From IMG/VR virus record IMGVR_UViG_3300047557_001498, positions 1-64,000 of that record: DNA of 64,000 nt, one strand, 5' to 3'. Positions within the stretch are counted from its first letter, which is position 1, and each line of letters begins with the position of its first letter. Positions 8,157 to 16,971 of the stretch are shown here, piece after piece. This DNA comes from a virus. The notes beneath the pieces are model-generated. The model was not told the DNA's origin and did no database searches. It saw nothing but the letters and a program-made list of their open reading frames with translations. The position numbers were made by a program, and so were the translations under genes.

Positions 8157-8380
8157 TACATACCTATCAAGAATGGATGGTCATACTTGAAGATGACCAC
8201 CAGGAATTGTTTACCTATGCAACTTGGGCGTCTTGCCAGAGAGACGCCGAAGAGGATGCGGTATTCAACACGAACTTGCAAGGTGTCCGTAATGTGACTG
8301 CAATCCCTATGGACACATACAGACTTGCCTTGAGAACGCCAACTAACAAAGTAAAAAATCCTTTGGTAGTCTCAAACTAA
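8153..8380 (+). CDS. hypothetical protein
   Basis: ATGA overlap with upstream gene. Confidence 0.65.
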   Translation: MIHTYQEWMVILEDDHQELFTYATWASCQRDAEEDAVFNTNLQGVRNVTAIPMDTYRLALRTPTNKVKNPLVVSN

Positions 8381-8395
8381 TTCCGTATATTTGTA
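8362..8395 (+). promoter_or_regulatory. Bacteroidota-type promoter (variant)
   Basis: TTTG-N20-TATATTTGTA. Confidence 0.7.
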
Positions 8396-8415
8396 TAACA
8401 ATAAAGGACAAAGTA

Positions 8416-8661
8416 ATGGAACACTACATTGAAGAATACTATGATGTTGGACAGAAATACAAAGGTTATTTCATAAAGGAAAATGAATGTCCAGAATGTC
8501 ATTCGGATGGGGGCATTGAATATCTTGATAGTGGTATCGGTGACAACTTTTATTTCTATGAAATGGAATGTGGTTGCGGTGCCCGTTGGACAGAATTTCA
8601 CAGACTTGTTTTTGACAGTATCAGAATTGACCAACCCGTAAATAAGGAGACAGACCAATGA
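8416..8661 (+). CDS. zinc-ribbon protein
   Basis: CPEC and CGCG motifs. Confidence 0.7.
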   Translation: MEHYIEEYYDVGQKYKGYFIKENECPECHSDGGIEYLDSGIGDNFYFYEMECGCGARWTEFHRLVFDSIRIDQPVNKETDQ

Positions 8662-8927
8662 CACACAATGAAGAAACAATCTTTCATCATGGCTACACAA
8701 GACAAGAGATAGTGGATGCTATCATTGACTTTGAATTGGACAATGATATTCTACCCGATTGGCGTGAGATATTGGAATATGGATTTGGTGGATATGCTTA
8801 CACCGATGACGATGTGCTCCGTGAAATCTATGATGAATACTTTGTGGATGAACCAGTCAAACCACAAGAGGATTTTCCATTCGATAATGACGGAATTGCA
8901 ACCGATGGCCGAGGTAATTATGTCTAA
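8658..8927 (+). CDS. acidic hypothetical protein
   Basis: AAGGAG SD. Confidence 0.7.
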   Translation: MTHNEETIFHHGYTRQEIVDAIIDFELDNDILPDWREILEYGFGGYAYTDDDVLREIYDEYFVDEPVKPQEDFPFDNDGIATDGRGNYV

Positions 8928-9135
8928 ACAAAAAAGTCTCGAATATCTTATCGGACTGTCAAGACTGTCCGGTAAATCCATGAACAAAACTTTGGAAAGG
9001 ATAGTCGCTACTCTTCCCGAAGATGAAAGACCACCACTATTTGTCCGTGACGATGATGGAAGTCTTATATCCGCAAAACAAGTAATCAACGAACATTTTG
9101 CACCCAAACAAATTGGGTTTATCAATAATCAATAA
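8920..9135 (+). CDS. hypothetical protein (start re-called at MSKQK)
   Basis: GAGGT SD before ATG 8920. Confidence 0.65.
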   Translation: MSKQKSLEYLIGLSRLSGKSMNKTLERIVATLPEDERPPLFVRDDDGSLISAKQVINEHFAPKQIGFINNQ

Positions 9136-9146
9136 GGAATAATTAA

Positions 9147-9338
9147 ATGGAATACCTAACACTTGCATTGTTATTTATCGCTGCTGTTGGTGGAATTACT
9201 GCTACCACACTAACTATCATTGTCCACTTTAAAAAGGATGCTCATTGGGCACAATCTGCTGCTTGGTTACATGGTGACATTTGTAGATATGCATTATGGG
9301 CTTCTATTGCAACTGCGGTATTGGAACTATATGTATGA
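9147..9338 (+). CDS. small membrane protein
   Basis: Two hydrophobic segments; AAGGA SD. Confidence 0.65.
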   Translation: MEYLTLALLFIAAVGGITATTLTIIVHFKKDAHWAQSAAWLHGDICRYALWASIATAVLELYV

Positions 9339-9511
9339 GTGAAAACATATTGTCCGTATTGATTACCGTTGCAATGACATTTGGAGTTGTTTATTGGACT
9401 GATTGGATAAACCGTAAGCGTATTGAATGGAACATGAAACGCAACAAAGCCAATCAACCAGACGGTGATTGGGATTATATCAAATATATTTTAAGGAGGC
9501 ACAACCGATGA
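9335..9511 (+). CDS. small membrane protein (start re-called at MSENI)
   Basis: ATGA overlap; N-terminal hydrophobic segment. Confidence 0.6.
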   Translation: MSENILSVLITVAMTFGVVYWTDWINRKRIEWNMKRNKANQPDGDWDYIKYILRRHNR

Positions 9512-9645
9512 AAGTATATGTGCTTTACAACCAAAGATTCTGTGAGATTCGTGGTGTGTTTTCTACGCACGAACTTGCAATGGAAAATTCAGAATACGGA
9601 ACAGACTTTATATTTGAATGTGAAATTGACGAGGTATTCGTATGA
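9508..9645 (+). CDS. 45-aa hypothetical protein (not in ORF track)
   Basis: AAGGAGG SD; MKVYVLY..IRGVFST.E.A motif. Confidence 0.65.
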   Translation: MKVYVLYNQRFCEIRGVFSTHELAMENSEYGTDFIFECEIDEVFV

Positions 9646-10541
9646 AAAAAATAGTTATCACCACATTCATCATGCCAAACGAAATTGATGACTTGGAGAG
9701 ATTATTGATAGACTTAAACAAGGCATCAAAATTTGTTGATGGTGATAACTATGAAATATACTTATCACTTTCCGTAGATGATTATTTAGTGGATTGGTCT
9801 AATTCAAAATTGGATAAACAATTTTTTATTGATAGATTCAATTCACTAAAATTATTGACACAATGGGCATCTAAATCAACATTTACGATTAGGGATGACA
9901 TAATGGGTTGCACATCATTAAGACGAATTGCTCATAGTGAATGTTCGGATGCAACTCATTTTATTTGGTTAGACACAGACATATTCTTTGATGATAAGGT
10001 ATTGTTCTATATTGAAAATAGTATAGATGCAATATCTAAAACGTCTGCCATAGACAAATATGTTATCAGTCCAGAATGTGTCAGATATTGGGATGTTACT
10101 TGGGATTGTTTGGTCAATGATAATTTTTTAAGTAAACCGATTGATTATCAAAGAACGAATAATCCATTTATAGATAGTGGTGAAGTGGGTAATGTTAGTT
10201 TGGAAACACTTATCAATACCTTACCAGGACAACCAAAAATGAAATTTGGTGGTGGTTGGTTTAATTGTATAAGTAAACCATTGTTAGACAGGGTTCCACT
10301 TCCCGAATCAATGGGTCACTATGGTCCAGATGATACATTCTTAATGTTTGCGTGTGATGAACTAAATTCTCGTGGTGAAGAAATACATCAGTTTAAAATG
10401 AAGAACTATGTTGTATGTGAAAACTCTGCTTATAGGGATAGAACATATTGGAACACCTTGATTAGAAAATTCGATAGGAAAGAAGAATTTAGAAGAATTG
10501 CACAATCTGCATTTCAAACGGAACTACTCAAAATAGTATGA
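9642..10541 (+). CDS. glycosyltransferase, GT-A fold
   Basis: FIWLDTDIFF DxD motif; GHYGPDD. Confidence 0.7.
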   Translation: MKKIVITTFIMPNEIDDLERLLIDLNKASKFVDGDNYEIYLSLSVDDYLVDWSNSKLDKQFFIDRFNSLKLLTQWASKSTFTIRDDIMGCTSLRRIAHSECSDATHFIWLDTDIFFDDKVLFYIENSIDAISKTSAIDKYVISPECVRYWDVTWDCLVNDNFLSKPIDYQRTNNPFIDSGEVGNVSLETLINTLPGQPKMKFGGGWFNCISKPLLDRVPLPESMGHYGPDDTFLMFACDELNSRGEEIHQFKMKNYVVCENSAYRDRTYWNTLIRKFDRKEEFRRIAQSAFQTELLKIV

Positions 10542-10735
10542 AACAAATAATAGACATTGTAGTTTGGTTTTATTCAAGTATATCAACTATATTGTTTTTG
10601 TGGACACTATATTTATTTACTCTCCGTGAGTGGTTAGACCGCAGAATTGTTATGAAAAACAAATCATATTATGATTACAACGGTATATGTAGAATTGATA
10701 AATTAAAAAGACTTCACCATGAACAGAAAAGATGA
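10538..10735 (+). CDS. small membrane protein
   Basis: Hydrophobic N-terminus; ATGA overlap. Confidence 0.55.
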   Translation: MKQIIDIVVWFYSSISTILFLWTLYLFTLREWLDRRIVMKNKSYYDYNGICRIDKLKRLHHEQKR

Positions 10736-10868
10736 TGCTACAGACGAAAAGATAACAAACTGGATAATTGGTTTTGGTATTGCATCTGCTATTATATGGA
10801 TGTTTAATTCATACGATGTTGTGGAACTATATCAACAGTTAATAAAAATATTTATCATGGAATAACCG

Positions 10869-11195
10869 ATGAAAGAAATTTCAGCAGATACAATTCGTAA
10901 TTGGATTGACCAATGTGATTCTCAACTAAAACACTTACAGAACGCAAGGGAATTTATCAAACGTGAATACTATGAAAGACACACGATTGATTGGTCATTG
11001 GAAGAAGATTTGTTGATGGTAATAGGCAATCTTATCGGTGAACATAAATCAAAGAAGCAACTGTTAGAAAGGATGTTGATTCATTGTGAAACTGAAAACA
11101 CAGTAGAAATGTTTGATTACTTTATGAAAAGGTTGGGAGACAAACTTCCGGAATATATGCTAAAAGAATTTTACAATTATGTATACGAGATTTGA
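10869..11195 (+). CDS. hypothetical protein
   Basis: 108-aa ORF within operon. Confidence 0.7.
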   Translation: MKEISADTIRNWIDQCDSQLKHLQNAREFIKREYYERHTIDWSLEEDLLMVIGNLIGEHKSKKQLLERMLIHCETENTVEMFDYFMKRLGDKLPEYMLKEFYNYVYEI

Positions 11196-11201
11196 TTTTT
11201 C

Positions 11202-11246
11202 ATTTGATAGACACTATTTATTAGTATTACAGAGTGTCTATCAAAT
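11202..11246 (+). promoter_or_regulatory. 14-bp perfect hairpin in the HNH gene leader, overlapping a TATTTAT box
   Basis: ATTTGATAGACACT (11202-11215) / AGTGTCTATCAAAT (11233-11246). Confidence 0.75.
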
Positions 11247-11258
11247 TGGAGAATTTAT

Positions 11259-11708
11259 ATGTATGGACCAGATAAAATATCAGATGATGATATTATACAG
11301 GCGATTCGTGATTCAAAAACCATGAGCCAAGCGTGTTCAAAACTTCCTATGAGTTTTAATGCATTCAAACGTAGAGCGACTATTTTAGGAATGTATTTGC
11401 CAAATCCAGGTGGAAAGGGAACTAATAAACCATATAAAAATAAAGCATCAACAGAAGATATATTGAAAGGAGACTACCCACAGTATCAGACTTTCAAATT
11501 GAAAAAAAGACTAATAGACGAAGGTTATCTTAAAAACGAATGTTCTATGTGTGGTATATCTGAATGGAATGGTAAACCATTACCACTGGAACTAGACCAT
11601 ATAGACGGTAATCCAACAAATCATAATATAAAAAATCTAAGAATGATTTGTCCAAATTGTCATTCACAGACAGAAACATTCAGAGGAAAAAACAAACGTA
11701 AAAAATAA
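11259..11708 (+). CDS. HNH (probably homing) endonuclease
   Basis: CSMCG..LELDHIDGNPTNHNIKNLRMICPNCHS; directly upstream of a tRNA. Confidence 0.9.
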   Translation: MYGPDKISDDDIIQAIRDSKTMSQACSKLPMSFNAFKRRATILGMYLPNPGGKGTNKPYKNKASTEDILKGDYPQYQTFKLKKRLIDEGYLKNECSMCGISEWNGKPLPLELDHIDGNPTNHNIKNLRMICPNCHSQTETFRGKNKRKK

Positions 11709-11711
11709 AAT

Positions 11712-11795
11712 GGTCCGGTGGCGGAATAGGAATACGCAATGCACTTAAAATGCATTGCCCGTAAGGGATTGCGGGTTCGAGTCCCGCCCGGACTA
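11712..11795 (+). tRNA. trnL: tRNA-Leu (anticodon TAA)
   Basis: Acceptor GGTCCGG/CCGGACT, ATGCA-CTTAAAA-TGCAT anticodon arm, long variable arm, GCGGG-TTCGAGT-CCCGC T-arm. Confidence 0.95.
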
Positions 11796-11801
11796 CAATC
11801 A

Positions 11802-11831
11802 ATGGGTAGTGGTTTTTTAATCACTGCCCAT
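11802..11831 (+). terminator. hairpin after the tRNA (terminator or processing site)
   Basis: ATGGGTAGTGGTT/AATCACTGCCCAT followed by a T-rich tract. Confidence 0.6.
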
Positions 11832-11876
11832 ATTTATTTTGGTAGATATGTTTTTTTTATTATATGAGGTTATATC

Positions 11877-12140
11877 ATGTTAGATACCTTAAAGACATTC
11901 ATACCATTACTTGTTTTGTCCGTCATTGCAATCGGTGCAACATTTGGGGATGGTAACTTCAGCACATTCGCTGTTGGTTTAAGTAAGTATGCACTTGCCG
12001 TTGGAGCTGCATGGTTTGTTGATTCATACTTAATCAAGGAGGTAAAGACCCGTGAGATACTTGCAGAAAATCCTGTTGCTTACGCTATTTGGTTGTTTGC
12101 TAACATCCTTACCGCTGCTCTCTGCTTCTCAAACAGTTGA
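11877..12140 (+). CDS. holin-like membrane protein (three predicted TM segments)
   Basis: Three hydrophobic segments; overlaps the CHAP gene. Confidence 0.6.
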   Translation: MLDTLKTFIPLLVLSVIAIGATFGDGNFSTFAVGLSKYALAVGAAWFVDSYLIKEVKTREILAENPVAYAIWLFANILTAALCFSNS

Positions 12141-12633
12141 ACAGACAGACGGAGAAAGAGTTAGAAACATTGCTTACGGATTCGTTGGAACGAAAGAGGA
12201 AGGAAACAACGGAGGATATTGGGTAACTCGTTATCTAAAATCAGTTGGCTTACGACCCGGTAATCCTTGGTGTGCAGCATTCGTTTCATTTTGTCTTGAT
12301 AGTGCTAAGATAAAGACTATGCGTGTTCGTTCTGGTTTAGCCAGACATTTCATCACGAAGAATAAGACAATCCGTGCCACGAAAGTTATGAACTCAAACA
12401 TGGATATTCCTATGGGAACTGTTGTAGTTTGGCGTAGAGGAACAACAACATTTGGTCATGTTGGATTCGTTGATAAATGGAAAGGTAAAGCCGGAACTAC
12501 TATTGAAGGTAATACATCTTCGGGTAAAAGCGGTAGAGAATGGGATGGTGGGGGAGTATGGTATCGTAAGAGAACGATAAATCCATACAACCATTTCCGA
12601 ATAACAGACTTTGCTCTGTTAGACCAAAAATAA
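12052..12633 (+). CDS. CHAP-domain amidase/endopeptidase with signal peptide
   Basis: NPWCAAFV (catalytic Cys), GHVGFV, TIEGNTS; GTG start with AAGGAGG SD. Confidence 0.85.
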   Translation: MRYLQKILLLTLFGCLLTSLPLLSASQTVEQTDGERVRNIAYGFVGTKEEGNNGGYWVTRYLKSVGLRPGNPWCAAFVSFCLDSAKIKTMRVRSGLARHFITKNKTIRATKVMNSNMDIPMGTVVVWRRGTTTFGHVGFVDKWKGKAGTTIEGNTSSGKSGREWDGGGVWYRKRTINPYNHFRITDFALLDQK

Positions 12634-12638
12634 AATAA

Positions 12639-12669
12639 GACGGTATGTAAAATAAAATTACATACCGTC
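12639..12669. terminator. 12-bp hairpin after the lysis genes
   Basis: GACGGTATGTAA-N7-TTACATACCGTC. Confidence 0.65.
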
Positions 12670-12696
12670 ATTGTTTCAAACTAAATATAATTTGTT

Positions 12697-13362
12697 ATGA
12701 CCAGAGTAGACATTATCAATCATCTTATATCCGAATGTGGATATGAAAGTTATTTGGAAATAGGTGTTAGAGATCCAGACCAATGTTTTAATTGGATAAA
12801 TTGTAAAATCAAAACATCAGTTGATCCAAAAGTAGAACCAGAAGGAACTCCTCCGGGTGTTGAATATGATTACGAATTGACATCTGATACATTCTTTCGT
12901 ATGCTCGATTCAGATAAATTAAAATTATCACCGAAAACTCTTTGGGATATTATTTTCATTGATGGCCTACATACCGCCGAGCAAGTCCACAGAGACATAG
13001 AAAATTCTCTTAATCATCTATCCGAACATGGTGTAATTATTTTACACGATTGTAGTCCGCCAGATGCAAACCATGCCCGTGATGATTATTATGCTCTATG
13101 TTTTGAAGATGGACAACCTATGCCTTGGAACGGAACAGTATGGAAAGCCGTTTATCATATGCGTACATCCAGACCAGACCTGGTCATAAGAACTGTTGAT
13201 ACAGATTGGGGTGTTGGTATTATTCATAGAGGCCAGAGCCAAACAATACCAAACACAAACATATATTATTCTTATGAAATTATGGATAAAAACAGAATAG
13301 AACATTTAGGATTGATTCATCCAAATCAATTCTATGAAATTTATAGTCGTGTAACCCCTTGA
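12697..13362 (+). CDS. class I SAM-dependent methyltransferase (Methyltransf_24-like)
   Basis: YLEIGV, DIIFIDGLH, G.IILHD. Confidence 0.85.
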   Translation: MTRVDIINHLISECGYESYLEIGVRDPDQCFNWINCKIKTSVDPKVEPEGTPPGVEYDYELTSDTFFRMLDSDKLKLSPKTLWDIIFIDGLHTAEQVHRDIENSLNHLSEHGVIILHDCSPPDANHARDDYYALCFEDGQPMPWNGTVWKAVYHMRTSRPDLVIRTVDTDWGVGIIHRGQSQTIPNTNIYYSYEIMDKNRIEHLGLIHPNQFYEIYSRVTP

Positions 13363-13495
13363 AAATAAAAGACTTACGCCCGGTCGTAACCCATTGGGGC
13401 ATAAGGACTTAGCACTATTTGTATCCAGTCTAAATAAGAATTGGCGGTAATTAAAATAATGCTTTGATCTTATCTATAAATTTCGTATATTTGTA
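13352..13495 (+). promoter_or_regulatory. second composite module: two 25-bp palindromes, Fur-box-like site, promoter
   Basis: 13352-13376, 13387-13411, ATTTGTA-TCCAG-TCTAAAT at 13417-13435, TTTG-N19-TATATTTG at 13463-13493. Confidence 0.75.
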
Positions 13496-13536
13496 TGTTA
13501 GGTAAATAACATATCAACATTCTTATAGGTTTTTGT

Positions 13537-14199
13537 ATGAAAAACATCATTCATTTGGTCGTTGCGGTTGTTATGTCCACTATGGTATATGGACAAGAGG
13601 TTATCGAAAGGGTGCCACCAGCACAAACAGATTATGAAACGGTGTATGGGCCCTTTGAGGATGAAATTTGTGAATTGTGTCTTCCAGACGGTGACTACAA
13701 TATACTTGATTTTCTCGGAAAAGACTCAAATAACATTTCATGGGGTATGTCTTATTCTCTAGGAAAAGATTTTATATCCAGTAATGAATTGTTAAAAAAT
13801 GGTTATGATTCAAAAACTTTAAAAAGTTTAAGTATATTTTTTGGTATATTAAATTACATAGATATATTTTATTCTTCTAATACATTATCATTTCAATCTC
13901 CGGTAAATGATTATGATTATGACCAGAATTATTCGATATATGGTGTAAGGGTATCTCCGTATCAAACCGATGAATTAAAAACATATATTGGTTATGGATT
14001 CGGAACACTTGATTACAATACAAACACAAGTGAAATTCAAATCGGTGCACTATACAACCTGCACAAGCTCCGTGACAGAGTAAACATAGGACTATCTTTA
14101 TCAGCAAATTTTACACAATTTATCCATACAGGAAATGTGATTGGTAGTCCAATGAAATCAGATAACAATATATCTTTGGGTGTGTTTTTTAAATTTTAA
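13537..14199 (+). CDS. putative outer-membrane beta-barrel protein
   Basis: N-terminal signal peptide, aromatic/Gly amphipathic strands, C-terminal ISLGVFFKF beta-signal. Confidence 0.6.
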   Translation: MKNIIHLVVAVVMSTMVYGQEVIERVPPAQTDYETVYGPFEDEICELCLPDGDYNILDFLGKDSNNISWGMSYSLGKDFISSNELLKNGYDSKTLKSLSIFFGILNYIDIFYSSNTLSFQSPVNDYDYDQNYSIYGVRVSPYQTDELKTYIGYGFGTLDYNTNTSEIQIGALYNLHKLRDRVNIGLSLSANFTQFIHTGNVIGSPMKSDNNISLGVFFKF

Positions 14200-14211
14200 G
14201 GATGGAATCTT

Positions 14212-14556
14212 ATGGGCGAATATCTCCCTACACATTATTTTTTGGTTCGTCTATGCCGAAGGCATGATGAATGGGACCATATAATTACGATGGATTCTTC
14301 GTGGTTAGATTATGGGCGCGCTATGGCAAGGATGGGCGATGTGGTTAAACACTTTGAGAGTGAAGGAAGGGTTTTTGGTGGTGAACAAATGATTACTTGG
14401 CGTGGAAATACTTTTCATTGGATGCGTACTGCAGACGATGGTATGTCTGTGGAAGTGGTCAAGTATGAATTTGAAAGGGTGTATGAATGGGAAACTGTTG
14501 TACCGGGTGTGACTGATGTGGTGGTTGATACCGGTGGAAGTGATGTAACTGAATAA
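14212..14556 (+). CDS. hypothetical protein
   Basis: SD-led 114-aa ORF. Confidence 0.6.
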   Translation: MGEYLPTHYFLVRLCRRHDEWDHIITMDSSWLDYGRAMARMGDVVKHFESEGRVFGGEQMITWRGNTFHWMRTADDGMSVEVVKYEFERVYEWETVVPGVTDVVVDTGGSDVTE

Positions 14557-14644
14557 ACTGGAACTGTGACTGGTGTGTATGTTACGGGTATGTTTGACAA
14601 TCCGACTTGTTCGGAATGGGAAACATACCCTAAACATTTTTTAT

Positions 14645-14675
14645 TTTGATCGTATCTAAAATTTTCGTATATTTG
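14645..14675 (+). promoter_or_regulatory. Bacteroidota-type promoter
   Basis: TTTGATC..N19..TATATTTG. Confidence 0.75.
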
Positions 14676-14703
14676 GACATCATTCACATTACGACAGACG
14701 ACT

Positions 14704-15141
14704 ATGGCAAAGATGAATTGGTCAAAGGTAAAACGATATAAACCGACAAAAGAAGAACTTGGGCGATGGCACAGACTCAAACTAGAGAAAGTAAAATTAA
14801 AAGAAGCTCGGAAAAAAAATAAACCGGTTAAGAAACCCGGAAGAGCGACTCCAAAACAAATGAGATTTCTTCGTAGGAATAAACTGATAAAACCTACAAC
14901 AACAAAAGTCTCATTCGATACAGCACATAATTTAATAAGTAAATTCATAAATAAGGATAGAAAAAATGGCAAGACCAAAAACAATAATACTGGACATAGA
15001 CGGAACACTGGTGGAACACGCACCACCAAATATAGCACAAGGGTACAACCACTCAATGAAACTACTGGACGGAACGATAGAGAAATTGATAGAGTGGGAC
15101 AAGAAGGGCTACAACATAATTCTACTTACGGGCAGGCGTGA
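14704..15141 (+). CDS. highly basic hypothetical protein
   Basis: Follows promoter; ATPKQ..FL motif; 3' part overlaps the next gene by 176 nt. Confidence 0.55.
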   Translation: MAKMNWSKVKRYKPTKEELGRWHRLKLEKVKLKEARKKNKPVKKPGRATPKQMRFLRRNKLIKPTTTKVSFDTAHNLISKFINKDRKNGKTKNNNTGHRRNTGGTRTTKYSTRVQPLNETTGRNDREIDRVGQEGLQHNSTYGQA

Positions 15142-15322
15142 ATCACTACGACAACAAACAGAAAGACAACTCACGGAGGTTGGAATTTTCTACGACCAAC
15201 TAATTATGGGAGTTGGTGGTGGATGCCGTGTATTGATTAACGACAAGAAACCAGATGGTGAAATAACATCCATTGCATTTAATCCAGAAAGGAACGAAGG
15301 TATAAATGGAATTGACATTTGA
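14966..15322 (+). CDS. HAD-superfamily phosphatase
   Basis: ILDIDGTL, LLTGR, LINDK. Confidence 0.85.
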   Translation: MARPKTIILDIDGTLVEHAPPNIAQGYNHSMKLLDGTIEKLIEWDKKGYNIILLTGRRESLRQQTERQLTEVGIFYDQLIMGVGGGCRVLINDKKPDGEITSIAFNPERNEGINGIDI

Positions 15323-16226
15323 AAAAAGATACAAGGTTGCAATAATTGGCTCAACTGGTAAGGTTGGTGAATCCGTAGTAAACTATCTATATGAGAATAC
15401 AGATTGGGAACTATTATTATTTTCATCAACCCATACATCCGAAAAAAATCATATGGGTAATCATCTACTACCGATTGACTATGTTGATTGTAATTCTTTT
15501 ATAGAAAAATGTAGACTTCTATCACCAGATATTATTATCAATACCGCAGCCATGACAAATGTTGATGGGTGTGAAAAGGATAGAACGGGTGCTTGGTCAC
15601 TTAATGTAGACTTCGTAGAATGTGTTGCTAAAGTTGCACACGAATTGGGTTCAAAATTGATACATATTTCGACAGACTACATATTCGATGGTGAAGAAGG
15701 TCCATACTTTGAGTTTGATTCACCGAATCCTATTTCTTGGTATGGTTATACAAAGTATATCGGTGAAACAAAAACTAATATAGAAGGTCTGAATTGTTGT
15801 GTGTTAAGGACTAATGTAGTGTATGGTAATTCGTCTCACGGTAAATCGGATTTTGTTAAATGGGTTATCAATGAATTAAGAAGTGGTAATGAAATTAAAA
15901 TAGTTACCGACCAATATTCAAATCCAACTATAACAGACGATATTGCTTTGTCTATCTACAAGATAATAAAATTAGACAAGAGAGGAATATACAATATAGG
16001 TGGTTCAGAATATTGTGACAGATTTTCTTTTACAAAAAAGATTGCAAATATATTTATGTTAGACGATAAATTGATTCAACCAATAAAAACTAATGAATTA
16101 AACCAACCGGCAAAAAGACCCTTAATCGGTGGACTTGATGTATCAAAGGCATCTAATGAATTTGGTATAACATTTATGAATATTGAATCGGGTTTAAATT
16201 TATTGAAAACAAAATATTCATATTAA
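15306..16226 (+). CDS. rfbD: dTDP-4-dehydrorhamnose reductase (RmlD-like)
   Basis: GSTGKVG, INTAAMTNVDGCE, HISTDYIFDG, YGYTK, PAKRP. Confidence 0.9.
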   Translation: MELTFEKRYKVAIIGSTGKVGESVVNYLYENTDWELLLFSSTHTSEKNHMGNHLLPIDYVDCNSFIEKCRLLSPDIIINTAAMTNVDGCEKDRTGAWSLNVDFVECVAKVAHELGSKLIHISTDYIFDGEEGPYFEFDSPNPISWYGYTKYIGETKTNIEGLNCCVLRTNVVYGNSSHGKSDFVKWVINELRSGNEIKIVTDQYSNPTITDDIALSIYKIIKLDKRGIYNIGGSEYCDRFSFTKKIANIFMLDDKLIQPIKTNELNQPAKRPLIGGLDVSKASNEFGITFMNIESGLNLLKTKYSY

Positions 16227-16242
16227 ATATAAAAGGTTTCGT

Positions 16243-16971
16243 ATGCTATTAGAAAATTTAGGTAAAACCATTTTAGACAGAACTCTTGTAATAGTTCTCG
16301 CACATCCAAACGATGAAAATAAAACCAATATATTAAACGATTGTTTATCAGGAATATCATTTCCAAAACTCTTATCTTGTAACTATACATTAAAAGAAGA
16401 AACTCAAAATATGTGTGATTGGATTGTTTACTCAAAAGAAAATCCAATTTTGATGGGAGAGGACTTTGGAAAATATGATATGTTTTTATCAAGATGGTAT
16501 ATCGATGAGAAGGGTGAAAAAGTTCACTTACCACATCAATTCGATAATCAATATGCAGTTTGCTTCCTAATCAAAAATGCATTAGAATATGCAAAATATC
16601 TAAAAAAAGATTTCATCCATATGGTGAATTATGATTTTAATATAACAGATGAAGTTTTGATTGAAAATACAATACACCTAATTGATAATGACTTGGTAGT
16701 TTATAGGACACCGCCTCATGCATTTGGAAGACCTGCTTGTTCTAGTGCATTTTTCTCTGGTAAAATATCAACTATACAAACTTTTTTCGATCAATTTTAC
16801 AATGCAGATGGATATTATTGGTACAAACACGATGGTCTATTCCTTGAAGAAAAAATATACTCATTCATGTCAAGAACAGTTAGTAAATTAAAAGAAATAG
16901 ATTTGGATGATTTGGGTGGAAAGTGTAAAGTTGCAAGACATGCAATAATAGCGGATTTCGTATATGATTGA
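16243..16971 (+). CDS. hypothetical protein in glycan cluster (possible glycosyltransferase)
   Basis: HMVNYDF and FLEE motifs; gene context. Confidence 0.6.
   Translation: MLLENLGKTILDRTLVIVLAHPNDENKTNILNDCLSGISFPKLLSCNYTLKEETQNMCDWIVYSKENPILMGEDFGKYDMFLSRWYIDEKGEKVHLPHQFDNQYAVCFLIKNALEYAKYLKKDFIHMVNYDFNITDEVLIENTIHLIDNDLVVYRTPPHAFGRPACSSAFFSGKISTIQTFFDQFYNADGYYWYKHDGLFLEEKIYSFMSRTVSKLKEIDLDDLGGKCKVARHAIIADFVYD

Noticed and set aside
541-11795. Suppressor tRNAs or stop-codon recoding (anticodons read TAG and TAA)
   Set aside because: These anticodons decode the Leu codons CUA and UUA; suppressors would have CTA or TTA. Genes are full length in the standard code and all three stops are used.
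14966-15141. Deliberate dual coding between the basic protein and the HAD phosphatase
   Set aside because: The overlapping tail has no recognisable motif and is more simply read-through after loss of a stop.
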